Part shown: positions 1 to 13,300 of the stretch, piece by piece | How positions within the stretch are numbered: position 1 is the stretch's first letter | Layout: each line of letters begins with the position of its first letter | Assembly (NCBI RefSeq): GCF_964355755.1 | Contig: NC_092674.1 | Location: 2,170,001-2,234,000, forward strand | Reading direction: 5' to 3' | Origin: Antedon mediterranea | Lineage: Eukaryota; Animalia; Echinodermata | Length of the DNA: 64,000 bases | The notes under the pieces: generated by a model | Seen by the model: the letters and a program-made list of their open reading frames with translations, nothing else | Databases searched by the model: none | What the model was told of the DNA's origin: nothing | Made by a program: the position numbers and the translations under genes

Positions 1-1010
1 AGTGGTTTTTTTGCTGATGTTGCCAAGACATGTCTTTTATTCTGGAGTTATTTTTATGAGGTCATTTCGTCCCAATTTCGAGTTCCCACAACCTACTAGC
101 CATCCGGGCTTAAAGGAAGATACTTTAGGTAGCCCGGAGCTGTTTTTACTAGCCATTGTACGCCGGGCTAGCACTAAATCGAGCCCTGACATGTGATGTA
201 GTCGATCTGTTTAACTCTAGAATAACATTTCAGAATGATTTGGGATTAAAACTAATCTGTTAGGATTACAAACTAATCTTCATGATTAAGTACATTACAA
301 GAATCCTGATTTTCCTGATATTAAATGTGATGAGTTTTAATGTTTGTAATTCATGGGAAGATCTTTGCCGATTGTTGATTGGTAAAGAAAGTAAAAGTGA
401 CAGGTAAAAATTAAACATTAATTAAATGAGACATTCGCAAAGACTGATAATGTACTGGGTCGGTGTATAGTATTAAGTTCGTCTTACAAAATCTGTAGGC
501 CAAATAAAAAAGATGTTTAGTAAATCGCATCCTTTCCCTCAGCAAAGCTGCATGATTATTTTTAAGTTTTTGATTTTTTTTTTGAATGGTCGTATTCAGT
601 AAAAATATTCAATAAAGCCTTTTCTGCACTATCAAACTTTATGTGATAAAAAAAATGTGATGTGCCCACATATGATGTCATATCACTATCATATTTGGAC
701 ACATCACACTTTGTCAAACTAGTTTGATAGTGTAGACAGGTTTTTATCATTAGGTAAATAGGAAAGTAATTTAAATCCACTTATTAAAAAAAATCAATCC
801 TAGACAGGAAACTAACATTTTTTTTTTAAATTTTACCAAAACATTAAAAAATTTAAATAATTCTCTTATTTTTGTATGTAGTAAAGTCCACTTTTCCGAA
901 GCTCTGTCTACACTATCAAACTTTTTTGACAAAACTACTTCCAGAAAACCTGAAATTCTACCAAATCAAGATTTTATTTATTTTGTGTTTGTGCATCCTT
1001 TCTACTCTAT

Positions 1011-1186
1011 TAACTGGAAAATTATTACTTTTATATTGAACCAAAAAAATACATACAAGATTGATACCTTTGGTTCAACAAAAAATAATAATGGAAAATC
1101 ATTACTTTTATATTTAACTAAAATAATGCATACAAGGTTGGTATAAATACCTTTGGTTCAGCAAAAAAGTAATAATTTTCCAGTTA
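1011..1186. mobile_element. Small MITE-like element with 23-bp terminal inverted repeats
   Basis: TAACTGGAAAATTATTACTTTTT (1011-1033) is the exact reverse complement of AAAAAGTAATAATTTTCCAGTTA (1164-1186); internal direct duplication of ATACCTTTGGTTCA. Confidence 0.55.
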
Positions 1187-1326
1187 ATTATATTCGGAAC
1201 GAGATGAATTTATTTAATAGCTTTCTACTATTTAATGATAAAAACAAAAAAAAACTTTTGGCAATTATTTTAAGAAATACTATTTATTAATATTTGTTGT
1301 ATTTGTTTCTTTATATTTACTTGTAG

Positions 1327-4300
1327 ACTGAGATTATTCAAGAAATTTGATACATTCCGTATCCTTGTCTGTGGTGGAGATGGCAGTGTGGGTTGGGTAC
1401 TAACTCAGATAGATAAAATGGATCTTCACAAACAGGTAACAACATGCTGTGATGACTGACGACAGATTCATTATGCTTAATCAGGAATGGTCACGAAGTA
1501 CATGTCCGCAAGTTAATCACACAAATTCCACGACCTGTGCTGTTTTTGTTTTGTTTTTAAGATCATCTAGATTGCTATAAGGTTGTGATATAATCATTGA
1601 GCAGTGATGATAACAAATATGTAACAACCAATTACAAGCCTGCATGCTAGTTTGTTTGTGGTTCCCATGACTACCAGCATTGTAATTAGTTCACATATCA
1701 ACAATCGTAAATTTTATTTTAGCCTGTTTTTCTTTTTATATGGTCAATTTTGTCTTAATAAACAAATCTTACCATCAACTTATTTTTATGTCTTATTGCT
1801 GGGTCATAGGGTCAGTTAAAGGGGTCAACAATTTACAATTACAGGAACAACAATTTACAATTACAATTACAATTTACAATTTACAATTACAGGAATTTTT
1901 TTGATAGTTTTAATGAGGTAGTAAGGCATTATCTACACTATCAAACTTTATGTGACAAAAAATGTGATGTGCCCATATATGGACATGATGATATATATTT
2001 TAGGATATCACTACCATATTTGGACAAATCATACTTTTTTTGTCAAACTAGTTTGATAGTGAGCAACGGCTTTACACCTGTTTATACCTATTTCAAAATG
2101 TGTATTTTTATCTTCGTCTTCCTACAGTGTCAAGTGGGTGTCTTACCTCTAGGTACTGGCAATGATTTAGCACGGGTGCTTGGATGGGGTACAAATTGTG
2201 ATGATGACACCCTTCTGCCAGCTATGTTGGAAAAACTTGAGCACTCAGGTACCAAGATGTTAGACAGGTAAATCATACTTAAGCCCTGTCTACACTATCA
2301 ATCAAACTTTATGTATACCCATATGTGGACATGATGATGTCATTTAATACTTATACTTAAGTACATCACTACCATATTTGGGCACATTACATTTTTTTGT
2401 CAAACTAGTTTGATAGTGTACACAGAACTTTAATCTCTTAAGTTAATAACATTAAGAATGATGTAATATTTGTCTATAGAAAGGTTAGAAGACTTCAACT
2501 AATATTTGACATGGGCAGAATAAACCCACAATAGTTATTAATGTTTATCTTTCATATTCTTCACTAATATGTATTCTATATTTTATTTTATTTTATTCAA
2601 ACTCATTCAACAGCGGGAAACCCGCCCCTTACAAAATGGAATTCTCTGTAGGATTTGTTATTAAAAGCTTATTGAAGCAATCCAGCTGACAGACTTTGTC
2701 TACACTATCAAACTTTATGTAACAACAAAATGTAATGTGCCAATATATGGACATGATGATGTCATATAATTACCATATTTGGGCACATCACACTTTTTTT
2801 GGACTGGATAATGTAGACAAGTCTTTAGAAAGGTGTTTTTCCCTTTAAATTAATTATGTCATTGTCTATTTATAGATGGAGTATTTGGGTAAATGAGACA
2901 GACAACTCAGCACCAACTGACCAATTGGAGGAGCAGAACGAAAGAACCGAGAACATTACGGCCTACGAAGATTCTGTAGCACTTCATCTTGCAAATATTC
3001 TACAATCCGAGAAAAACTCTGAAGTTATAAAATCAGCACAGTAAGTTGTAAAAATATTTGTAGTGTCCCTGTTTATCATGCCAGTTTTTTGTTTTAGTAA
3101 GTTTTTTTTAAAGTTAGTTTTTGTAATTTGTATGTATGTTTAGCAATTAAAGGAAAAAAGAATGAGAGACACATAGATATTGATACTCGAACATTGCGCA
3201 ATGTAACTCTGCGATGAAAGCACTTGATTTAGCATATCAATCCTATAGCCCTGAGGCTCAAAATCCTTGAGAAAAAATTATACAGAATATTAAATCAGAG
3301 ATTTAATCAACTTTAATGCGTTTTAAACTTTGATTATCAATTAGATGTTAGAAGATACTTGAATCGATATTAAAACAAAAGTGAAGTAAGGTATATGATA
3401 TAAATGATTACACAAACTATGTTACTCCTTGGCTTAGTATGAAATCTAATATTCAAGCTGCGGGCACATGATGATAATTAAAATTCTGAAACAGAGTCCG
3501 ATGTAATCTTAAAATGATGCCCACCGGAAAAACTCCTTAAAAGATTTCTTAACTAATAAAAGACTTTTTTTTATAGGAATATATAATAATATCTAAGAAT
3601 AAATATCTTTTTACATTTAATTTTTGTAAAAAAAAACTTCTACAATATAAAATTACAGTTTAGTATCATAAGCCAATTCTATAATACAGGAATACAGTAT
3701 TATGTTAAGTTTAGGGTTTATGACATGATACTGGCATCACATGTGATACATGTGATACTGTGAATCAGCTAATGTAAGATTTAAGATTAGCTCTTATATC
3801 TATTATACATGTATCTTCCTCTATACATTAACTGGGCTTTAAATTTCATAATGTCAAATTTGTTGTTTTTTTTTCATTAATTTTTTTTATTTCTTTATAT
3901 TTTATTCCTGAAAATAAATTTTAAATTTTCGACATTAAACTTTTTTTTCTCCAGGGGGACAATACATCTTTAAAGCAAAACATAATGTTTTTTTTGTTAC
4001 ATTTAACCATTTATTTTGTCTTTTTAAAGTGTAATAACTCACTCCTAATTTTCTTTTTTTTTTGTTTAGAGTATTATGCAAAACAGTGAAAGATTTTCTG
4101 GAAAAGATTGGAGAATCTTATGACTCTGACACCCAGTCAGACGACACAATGAAGGACAAAGTAAGGATTTCAATAAAATATACAATAACAACAATTGTTT
4201 ATTTATATATTATTATATATTTATAAGGCACTTATTTGAAATTTGTTACCACTAAAGCTCTGTCTACACTATCAAACTAGTTTGACAAAAAAAGAGTGAT

Positions 4301-7300
4301 GTGCCCAAATATGGTAGTGATTTTCCCAAATATGGTAGTGATGTGACATCATCATGTCCATATTTCTTTAATCATGAACCATCATTTGTAAGAACATTAT
4401 TTTTAATGAAAATGTCATCCATGTAAAATAAGTTTATAAATAAATAAATAAATAAAATATATGGGCACATCACATTTTTTGTCACATAAAATTTTATAGT
4501 GTAGACAGAGCATTAGGCGCAACTGACCAGTCACGTTGCATGGAGCATCAAAACACTTATGATTGGTCAACTCACATATATACATGGCTACTGTGTGTCT
4601 ATTGCCAGCATACAGCTAGGTACATGAATATAGAACAATTAAAAACTTCTTCATTGGCTTTACTATCTTTCTTGCTATATTAAGTCTTGTTTGCTAAATT
4701 GAGCTGGAACTTCTTGTGAACTTCTGTTATGACGTTATTCTGTTTTAAAATAATTCAAGATTCAATTTTATTTGCCAATTTAAAATGGAAATAATATGAG
4801 TACATTTTCAACATTAAATTCCAAAATGCATATTAACAAAATTATTACTATATAAAAATATTTAAGCATACTTGAGATGTATTATTTTAAAACAATATTT
4901 AAAAACAGACATGAAATACTACAGAAATACAATATTTTAAAAGCAGCATATAAGAACATCAAAAATACTATAAACAATATTTTTATTTTACTGGTTCCAA
5001 TAATTAGTTAAAATGTGCAATAAAAACTGGCTAAAAAATAAAAATATCTGTTTTAAAGATAATATGTGCTTTCAAAATAATATAATACTGTTTATTATAA
5101 TTTTCATTGACTTGCTAGTGTGCTATTTTAAATGAAAAACTGAACTCATTACTTCAAACGTTGAACGAAGAAGCCCAGGCAACACCAATACCCCCTGGAA
5201 TGCCAGTTCCTGTAATACCTCCCACTCACGAAGGAGATACGACGGAAGTATCAGAGGTCAACGACCGAGTGGAAAAAATGCAAGGCCCAGCGACAAAGGT
5301 GTTTAAACCACGAGATGCTTTGATGTCCAGGGCAAATAGCCTTAAGAAAGCTGTTAGACAAATTATAGAACAAACAGAAAAAGGTAAACAAAATCTGGGA
5401 TTTTACCATTACTTTCGAAAAAAATCTTATTTGTCATCTGATTTTGTTTCCGAAGCAAATTTTCAGATGTTTTGACATCTGGGTTTTAGATTTGTTGGTA
5501 TATTTATTTGTACAAATGTAAATGCAGGGATTTCACCTTGCAAGTAAGTAATAAATTCATCTGTTTATCAAAAATATGTTTTTATAATGAATTTTTTCAA
5601 CGTTCAGACGTCCTGTCCTGTATCTAAGTTCATCTGTATAAATCTACTTTATAATTTCTTTAGCATACATATGGTTTTTGAATTTTTCAATAAGTTCAGT
5701 TGCCACAATGTAAATGTAGGTAAAGAGGCAATACCATTGTTAACACACTTTTAAATAAAATATTATCAACAAAGACAGGCTAGTATTTTATTATTAATTT
5801 CTTTTAAATTAGCTGTTGACGAGCAAAACGAACAGACCAAAGTGCATGAAGAGCGATCGCGGAGGGTGCATGGAATGATGCCCTCAACGTCAGCAACACA
5901 TTACGAGGATATCAAGGAGAAGGACGACGAAAGCACTGAAAAAGGCGACGAATCAAACAAGTTAGAAACGGACGTAAAACCCTTTTCGGTTTTTACTTCA
6001 GCAAAATCAAGAGAACGTAAAAAAGGTCTTGAATTATTCTTTCTAAATACAGTTGAGCGGTCACCTCCCGTAAGCAGCCACTTTTCTCGGTCCTGAGGGT
6101 GGCCGCTTACGAGAGGAGGTTCAACTGTATGTGATGCTGTGTGTATGTTGCTAGGCAACATTCCATCTGCATCTGCGTCATATTTTGTTAGTTTTAAGTT
6201 TTATATAAAGATCATTTTAATTGAATCAGTTTGTTTTAGTGTATAAGCAGGATGGACACTGTATTACCATTACGTTAATGTACATTTGGAGATACTGCAA
6301 TACTGTTACTACTATTAATAACTATTGTATTACTAATAATTTGTTCTTAAGTAAAGCCTATTGTTTCGCAGGAAGAGATTACGCAAAGTCTCCAGTGTCT
6401 AGCGCGATGAGACGCGTTAGTCAGGGTAGCACGTACGCTACCACATCAACAGCGCCAGTAAACATTGCCCATCGCTATGGAAGCACTGAAAGTCTATCAC
6501 TTCTACCAGGCAAGTTTGATGTTATCACACAAGCCTAGCATCCCATAATAACAACAGATACAATAGAATCCTTTTGTAGTTGTCACATGTCTGTATATCC
6601 TTCTCTGATTGGCTGTCATCACCTGCTTGTGTTATATTTGATTAGTCGCTATACTCCAGCCACAGTGTAAACCTGTCGGCCTACATGTAGCATGATCGTA
6701 TATCATTATTCTGACCTTCTTCTGTCGTTTGTGTCGCAATTTTCTTGTTATTATTCCAATCATGCTATGTGTGTCTGCTGTTTGATTCTGTCAAATTTAT
6801 AAGTGTTTATTTTAGTTCTATTTCATTAATTTTATATAATCTTTTTAAAGAAATAAATGTAGTTTATGGAAGTGTACCTAAAAATAAATGATGATTACAT
6901 TTTACTAATAATAAACTTACTGTAATATAACACATTATTTATTTTCACCACCTGAACGGCGCGAAAGAAGGAAGAGCAAGAAACTGAAATGTTACGAGAT
7001 GTAAGCTGCCCATTACCGGAATTGCCAGCCCTCTGCACGCTTTGTAAAGGTCAAAGGTCATCTGCATACGATTCACAAAGTCTTATCTGTTTATAAACAA
7101 CATGTTGATTACACACTAACTACAAAAACAGATTTATAAAATTATCAATTTAATAATCAATTAATCAATTTTGTGATTGCTTTCCTTCACATCACTCAGT
7201 TCTAGAATTTAGAAGTTTGAACTCTGACCTCTTTTTAAACATGGGCATTATAAATGCTCAGTTGCTTCTAAAGCTCTGTCTACACTATTAAACTTTATGT

Positions 7301-10300
7301 TTAAATAAAAAAAATGTGATGTTCCCATATATGGACATGATGATGTCACATCATTACCATATTTGGGCATATCATACTTTTTTTGTAAAACTAGTTTGAG
7401 AGTGTAGACAGAGCTCTAGTTTCACCGATAATTATTATACAGAGTATTTGGTTACAATAATGACTTTTAATACTATAATAACCGGCGTAAAACATACTTT
7501 GTGGTTCAATGTGCGATAACCATTACATATACCTCTCCCTTTAATAGCATTATTTATGAGTATTATGATTTTATACATACATTATACACAATCAATGGTA
7601 TATGTCAAATGCATTAGAGAACCCACAGTTTGTAGTATTATACATATCAATATTTGCCCTTTTGTTGTTTTGTAGACTCTGTTTCATACTTACCGTGATG
7701 TCAATATGAATAACTATATGAATAGGTTTTATGTATGTAATCATGATAATATTGTAGTATGTAAACTTACTAAATATTGTCATTAAATAATTCAATTGTG
7801 TCACCTTGTTAAATAATTTCACAACAACATGCACTTTTTGTGTTTCATTGAACTCCTTCCAATTCCACGTGATTATCAGCAGTGATGTATATAATATTAT
7901 TCTCCATAAAAGTCTTGTTTTTTTTTTATTGATTTTATAATGGATATTTATTTTGTATTGTATACATTACCTTTTTTGTATTATTATTTTATATTTATTT
8001 TATTTGTATTCAGTTATGACTTGTGCCTAGCACCGGGCTTGTGCTTAGCACCGGGCTTGTGCCTAGCACCGGGCTTGTGCTTAGCACCGGGCTTGTGCCT
8101 AGCACCGGGCTTGTGCTTAGCAGCGGGCTTGTGCTTAGCAGCGGGCTTGTGCTTAGCACCGGGCTTGTGCTTAGCACCGGGCTTGTGCCTAGCACCGGGC
8201 TTGTGATTAGCACCGGGCTTGTGCTTAGCACCGGGCTTGTGCTTAGCACCGGGCTTGTGCCTAGCACCGGGCTTGTGCTTAGCACCGGGCTTGTGCCTAG
8301 CACCGGGCTTGTGCTTAGCACCGGGCTTGTGCCTAACACCGGGCTTGTGCCTAGCACCGGGCTTGTGCCTAGCACCGGGCTTGTGCCTAGCACCGGGCTT
8401 GTGCTTAGCACCGGGCTTGTGCTTAGCACCGGGCTTGTGCCTAGCACCGGGCTTGTGCCTAGCACCGGGCTTGTGCCTAGCACCGGGCTTGTGCCTAGCA
8501 CCGGGCTTGTGCCTAGCACCGGGCTTGTGCCTAGCACCGGGCTTGTGCTTAGCACCGGGCTTGTGCCTAGCACCGGGCTTGTGCCTAGCACCGGGCTTGT
8601 GCCTAGCACCGGGCTTGTGCCTAGCACCGGGCTTGTGCCTAGCACCGGGCTTGTGCCTAGCACCGGGCTTGTGCCTAGCACCGGGCTTGTGCCTAGCACC
8701 GGGCTTGTGCCTAGCACCGGGCTTGTGCCTAGCACCGGGCTTGTGCCTAGCACCGGGCTTGTGCCTAGCACCGGGCTTGTGCCTAGCACCGGGCTTGTGC
8801 CTAGCACCGGGCTTGTGCCTAGCACCGGGCTTGTGCCTAGCACCGGGCTTGTGCCTAGCACCGGGCTTGTGCCTAGCACCGGGCTTGTGCCTAGCACCGG
8901 GCTTGTGCCTAGCACCGGGCTTGTGCCTAGCACCGGGCTTGTGCCTAGCACCGGGCTTGTGCCTAGCACCGGGCTTGTGCCTAGCACCGGGCTTGTGCCT
9001 AGCACCGGGCTTGTGCCTAGCACCGGGCTTGTGCCTAGCAGCGGGCTTGTGCCTAGCAGCGGGCTTGTGCCTAGCAGCGGGCTTGTGCTTAGCAGCGGGC
9101 TTGTGCTTAGCACCGGACTTGTGCTTAGCACCGGACTTGTGCTTTAGCAAGTGCAAGTTTGTTTCACTGGTAGGAGTTACATCTACCCAAGTGTACACTA
9201 ACACACTTGCTTATCAGTGGGATGTGACCACCCTCCTAAGTATTATATTAAAGACCCCTTCCCTGCAATTTTGGACGTTTTTTGGAAAATAATACATATA
9301 TATCACTTTAAAAACATTAAACCATGTCATTCCTTGTCTTAAATGTACGTTTTATGGTAAATTATGATAAAAAGTGAGAAACAATGCACTACCTAAGTAG
9401 CTCGCGGCGATCGACCTCTCGTGGACGGTCTTAGGCCTAGCCTAGCTAGGCTTAGTTTTGTAGGCCTAGCTGGTAAACATCGGTAACGTACGAACATCGT
9501 ACGCGAGCTATATACCTAGCCTGACGTTTTATAGTTGCTGCATTAATTGTCTTTCTATTTTTGCCAGACTCCGTTGATACAAATTGGGGAAAACCCGGTA
9601 TTTTCGCTGAAAAGTTAGGAGTCTTCCATTTGTTTTGGCCTCACGATCGATCGAAAAGTGGGCGAATTACAGGTGAAAAACAAAAATATCAATCCGCGCG
9701 CAATGCATTTTGGGATTTATAGCGGGCCGCTATAATTATTAGAATCGACTTATTTTTCACATTTTTAACCGTTTAAAGACCAAAAAAGTTATCGCAATAG
9801 GACCATATAGTATTATTTTTACATTAAATATAGTTTGTGATCTTAAATTAGATCTAAAAAACGTAGGGAATGGGGCTTTAAGTTTGATTGTTTTCTATTT
9901 TATTTGATTTATCTATCTTTATCTCTTACAGGGTTAGACACACTATTTACGCCCACGCTAGGCAGAAGTAATCCGGTGCTTAGTAAAAGTAAGTCAATGT
10001 TTGATTAACAATAAATGATGAACACCGTCTTAGATAACCAGAATTGACACAGGTTATAAATTTAGCAAGAAATAGATATCCGTGTAAATCATTATTGGAT
10101 CGAAAAACCTAATTATTAGGAACTTAAACAGCGCGCACAAGTAAATTGCTGTCATGAATCGTAAATCAATAGTTATTTTGTAAATAACTTTAATTTTTGG
10201 AAATATCTAGTTGTAGTTCCTTTCTTTGTTTTTATGGTTTTTGTATTGTTCTGCGTTAACCAACTTTTTGCCAGAAATTAGATAAATAAAATCAATAAAA

Positions 10301-13300
10301 ATATATGTTAAAGATGTAATGTCCCCCAAAACATGAAAAATAAAGATTAATATAAAAAAAATAATATAAAAAGAACAAAATAAATTGCCAACCAAAACCA
10401 TTTTTTACTTTAAATTACAATTTTTTCGGGTAAAAGTTTTTGTTTGATCCCATTTTTGGTCAAGTGAATAACTATTATGTGACATTAAAATTAGCATATT
10501 CAACAACAAGAATTTAAAATAATTATTTTTTCAGGAGACAATATATCTTTGATTTAATAATAGATGATGAAATGATATTATTAATATCCAAATAAACTCT
10601 TTTTTTTGTTGTGCAGGCGTTGGGGGTAATGCTTTATGCGGTGGACTCGTAAGCAAAGTGTTGTTAGCAAACGCGGATGCTCTGTGTGCTGCTGTATCTC
10701 CTCTTATGGATAAAAACCTTGAGTCTGTGTAAGTATTAACGAAATAAACAGTCTAGGTCAGTTTAGACACAATTGAAATAGCTAATTTCTACCAATTTGA
10801 GAGATACAGATATAGATACAGGCAGATGTTAGTACCAGACACCTTATGAATACCACATTAAGCTCTGTCGACACTATCAAACTTTATGTGAAAAAAATAT
10901 GTGATATGCCCATATATGGACATGATGATGTCATATCACTACCATATTTGGGCATATCACTACCATATTTGAGCACATCACACTTTTTTTTTCAAACTAG
11001 TTTGATAGTGTGGACAGAGCTTTAGGTTAGGTTTGGACCTTGCAGCTTGTTGATACGTGGTGGTTTGGTATGTGCCTACCACTGATTGAAGAAACTTGTT
11101 TTCCACTTGGACGCAATTCAACAACGTAGACGCAATTGTTGACCAATCGCTTGGTTTCTGCTGATCCATCATCAATAAGCAGGCTTACATTATTGCGTTG
11201 CGTCCAAGTGAGAATGAAACTTTCACCATAACATGTTGACTGCTATCAAAAGCGCCACCATTTGTTTCTAAAAATAGAATTCGAGGCTTTTCAGTAGCAG
11301 ATCCAGGGGTAGGTGAAAGAGCGCTCCTTTTCTGGAATCCGCTCCGCTCAACTACGTCCCATGGCACTCTGGCAAAAACTTTTGTAACTTACAGTCAATA
11401 TGTAATTTATTTTAAAATATTTTTTTGCACCTAATATCAAATTTTATCATAGTAATTTGATCATTTTTGTTATTATTATTATTATTATTATTATCACACC
11501 TTTTCCATCATGTTTATTCTTTTCAATTTGATTCCCATCTTTGTTTACCATTTTCATTCTTTTGTATATTTTCTTTTTTTTTTCTTCCATTCTTACATCT
11601 TTAGGTTTGGTTTGCGTAATGCCGCCCTTGGACTTTTTCCCCTTCCTGCACAGAAATTAGAAGACAGGTTTGTGCCACCATCGCCGCTACACCTGCCTCT
11701 TACCCATTAATTTTTGTTTTTTGTGTCTGATTCATTTCATATTTAATTTTACTCAATTTATTCTTCATTGATGTTGCATGCCTCACTAAGCTGCCACCCC
11801 CCAACATCCCCTACAGAACGCCCATTCAACACAGTGAATTTGACAAGCATCACGTGGGCTTACGACACATACAAATTAATTTACATGCTCAGGGACCCCC
11901 CTCAGTGACTGGACAACATAATAATGTGTTTGCACTATATGTGAATGTATCTTATGGAATGCTATGTTTAATTTAGTATGTTTGTTGAAAAGTGTCAAAC
12001 AAGGGGTCAATGTTGAATGTAGTGTGTATACAGTGTTTAATCATTGTAGAAGGCCACTGAATATATATTCCAGTAGGCCTACATAACAATCCCCCCGCCC
12101 CCTCCCCCACCACATGCATATTGTCAAACACCATCTACAGTACAGTATGTCTGTTGTCAAGCCTAAAGCTCTGTCCACACTATCAAACTTTATGTGACGA
12201 AAAAATGTGATGTTCCCATATGGGTACGGTGATGTCATATCACTACCGTATTTAGGCATATCACTACAATATTATTTGGGCACATCACACTTTTTTTTTT
12301 GTCAAACTAGTTTGATAGTGTAGACAGAGCTTAATACCTAATCTTTGTTTCCAAATTACAGACAATCTGGACGTGTCAGTTTGTGTATGAAAACAATGCT
12401 TGTTTTTCTTACAAATGTTCAAAAATTGAATGTTTAACATTTATTTTGTTTCTAATTAAATATTTGTGTATGTTATTTGAATGCTTCATTTTGTTGTTAT
12501 AATAATTGACTATGATGTGAGCATGTTTTTATGTGTAACACATGCTCTGCCTGAGTACCTGTACACCGCTACTAAAACAAGGCATACACTTTAAACTGCC
12601 AAAACTAATATACAGTAAACCCTTATTAAGGGAGGGGAAACCTCTTTGATAGAGTTGTCCTCCAAATAGGAGTGTCCACATATTATGAATGGTGAGGTTC
12701 CACTGTTGTTGGAAAGTCTTTGAGACTGCATCTTTCACATGTGTTCCGGCACGAGTTCGGTTCCATCAAATCGAAGAGCAACAAGGCATAACAATTGTAA
12801 AGTGCTAAACATAATGTCCTATTTTTGTAATTTTCAAAATGTTCGGAATTCTGCTACACCCAACTCCTGGATCTGCCTTTGACTGATATTTGCTAAGTAG
12901 AATAATTATGTATCTTAAACTGTTTTTGTAGAATTGGGTATACTGAGAAATGTGTGATGAATAACTATTTTGGTATTGGACTTGATGCGAAGATTGCTCT
13001 TGACTTCCATACTAGGAGGGAAGAGCATCCAGAAAAGTGCAAGTACGTAAGAATAATTGTCTGGTATAATACCCTGATTCAGGAAAAAACATGATTGTTA
13101 AACATTTCTTGTAAAAACTCATCTGAACTGGCTAGAGAGAGGTCTACATTCAGACCAAAAGTCAATACTGGGACTATACCGGGGATATGTCTGTTTGTGA
13201 AATCAGACATGAAGTAAGGGGTGGGATTAGACCTGAAGTGGGATTAGACCCGAGGATATGTATTTATTTACCGTAGGCCTAATGAAAATTTACATATACA

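Noticed and set aside
6950-7006. Purine-rich exon-like stretch ending in GTAAGC
   Set aside because: No acceptor and frame combination compatible with the phase-1 flanking DGK exons.
8010-9292. Four long ORFs (357-396 aa) on both strands
   Set aside because: They are translations of the stop-free 18-bp minisatellite inside a DGK intron; no independent coding evidence.
11025-11380. GC-richer intronic segment with short minus-strand ORFs and an ACTAC..CCCA motif
   Set aside because: No splice-compatible frame or recognisable domain; could be a repeat remnant or enhancer, but unsupported.
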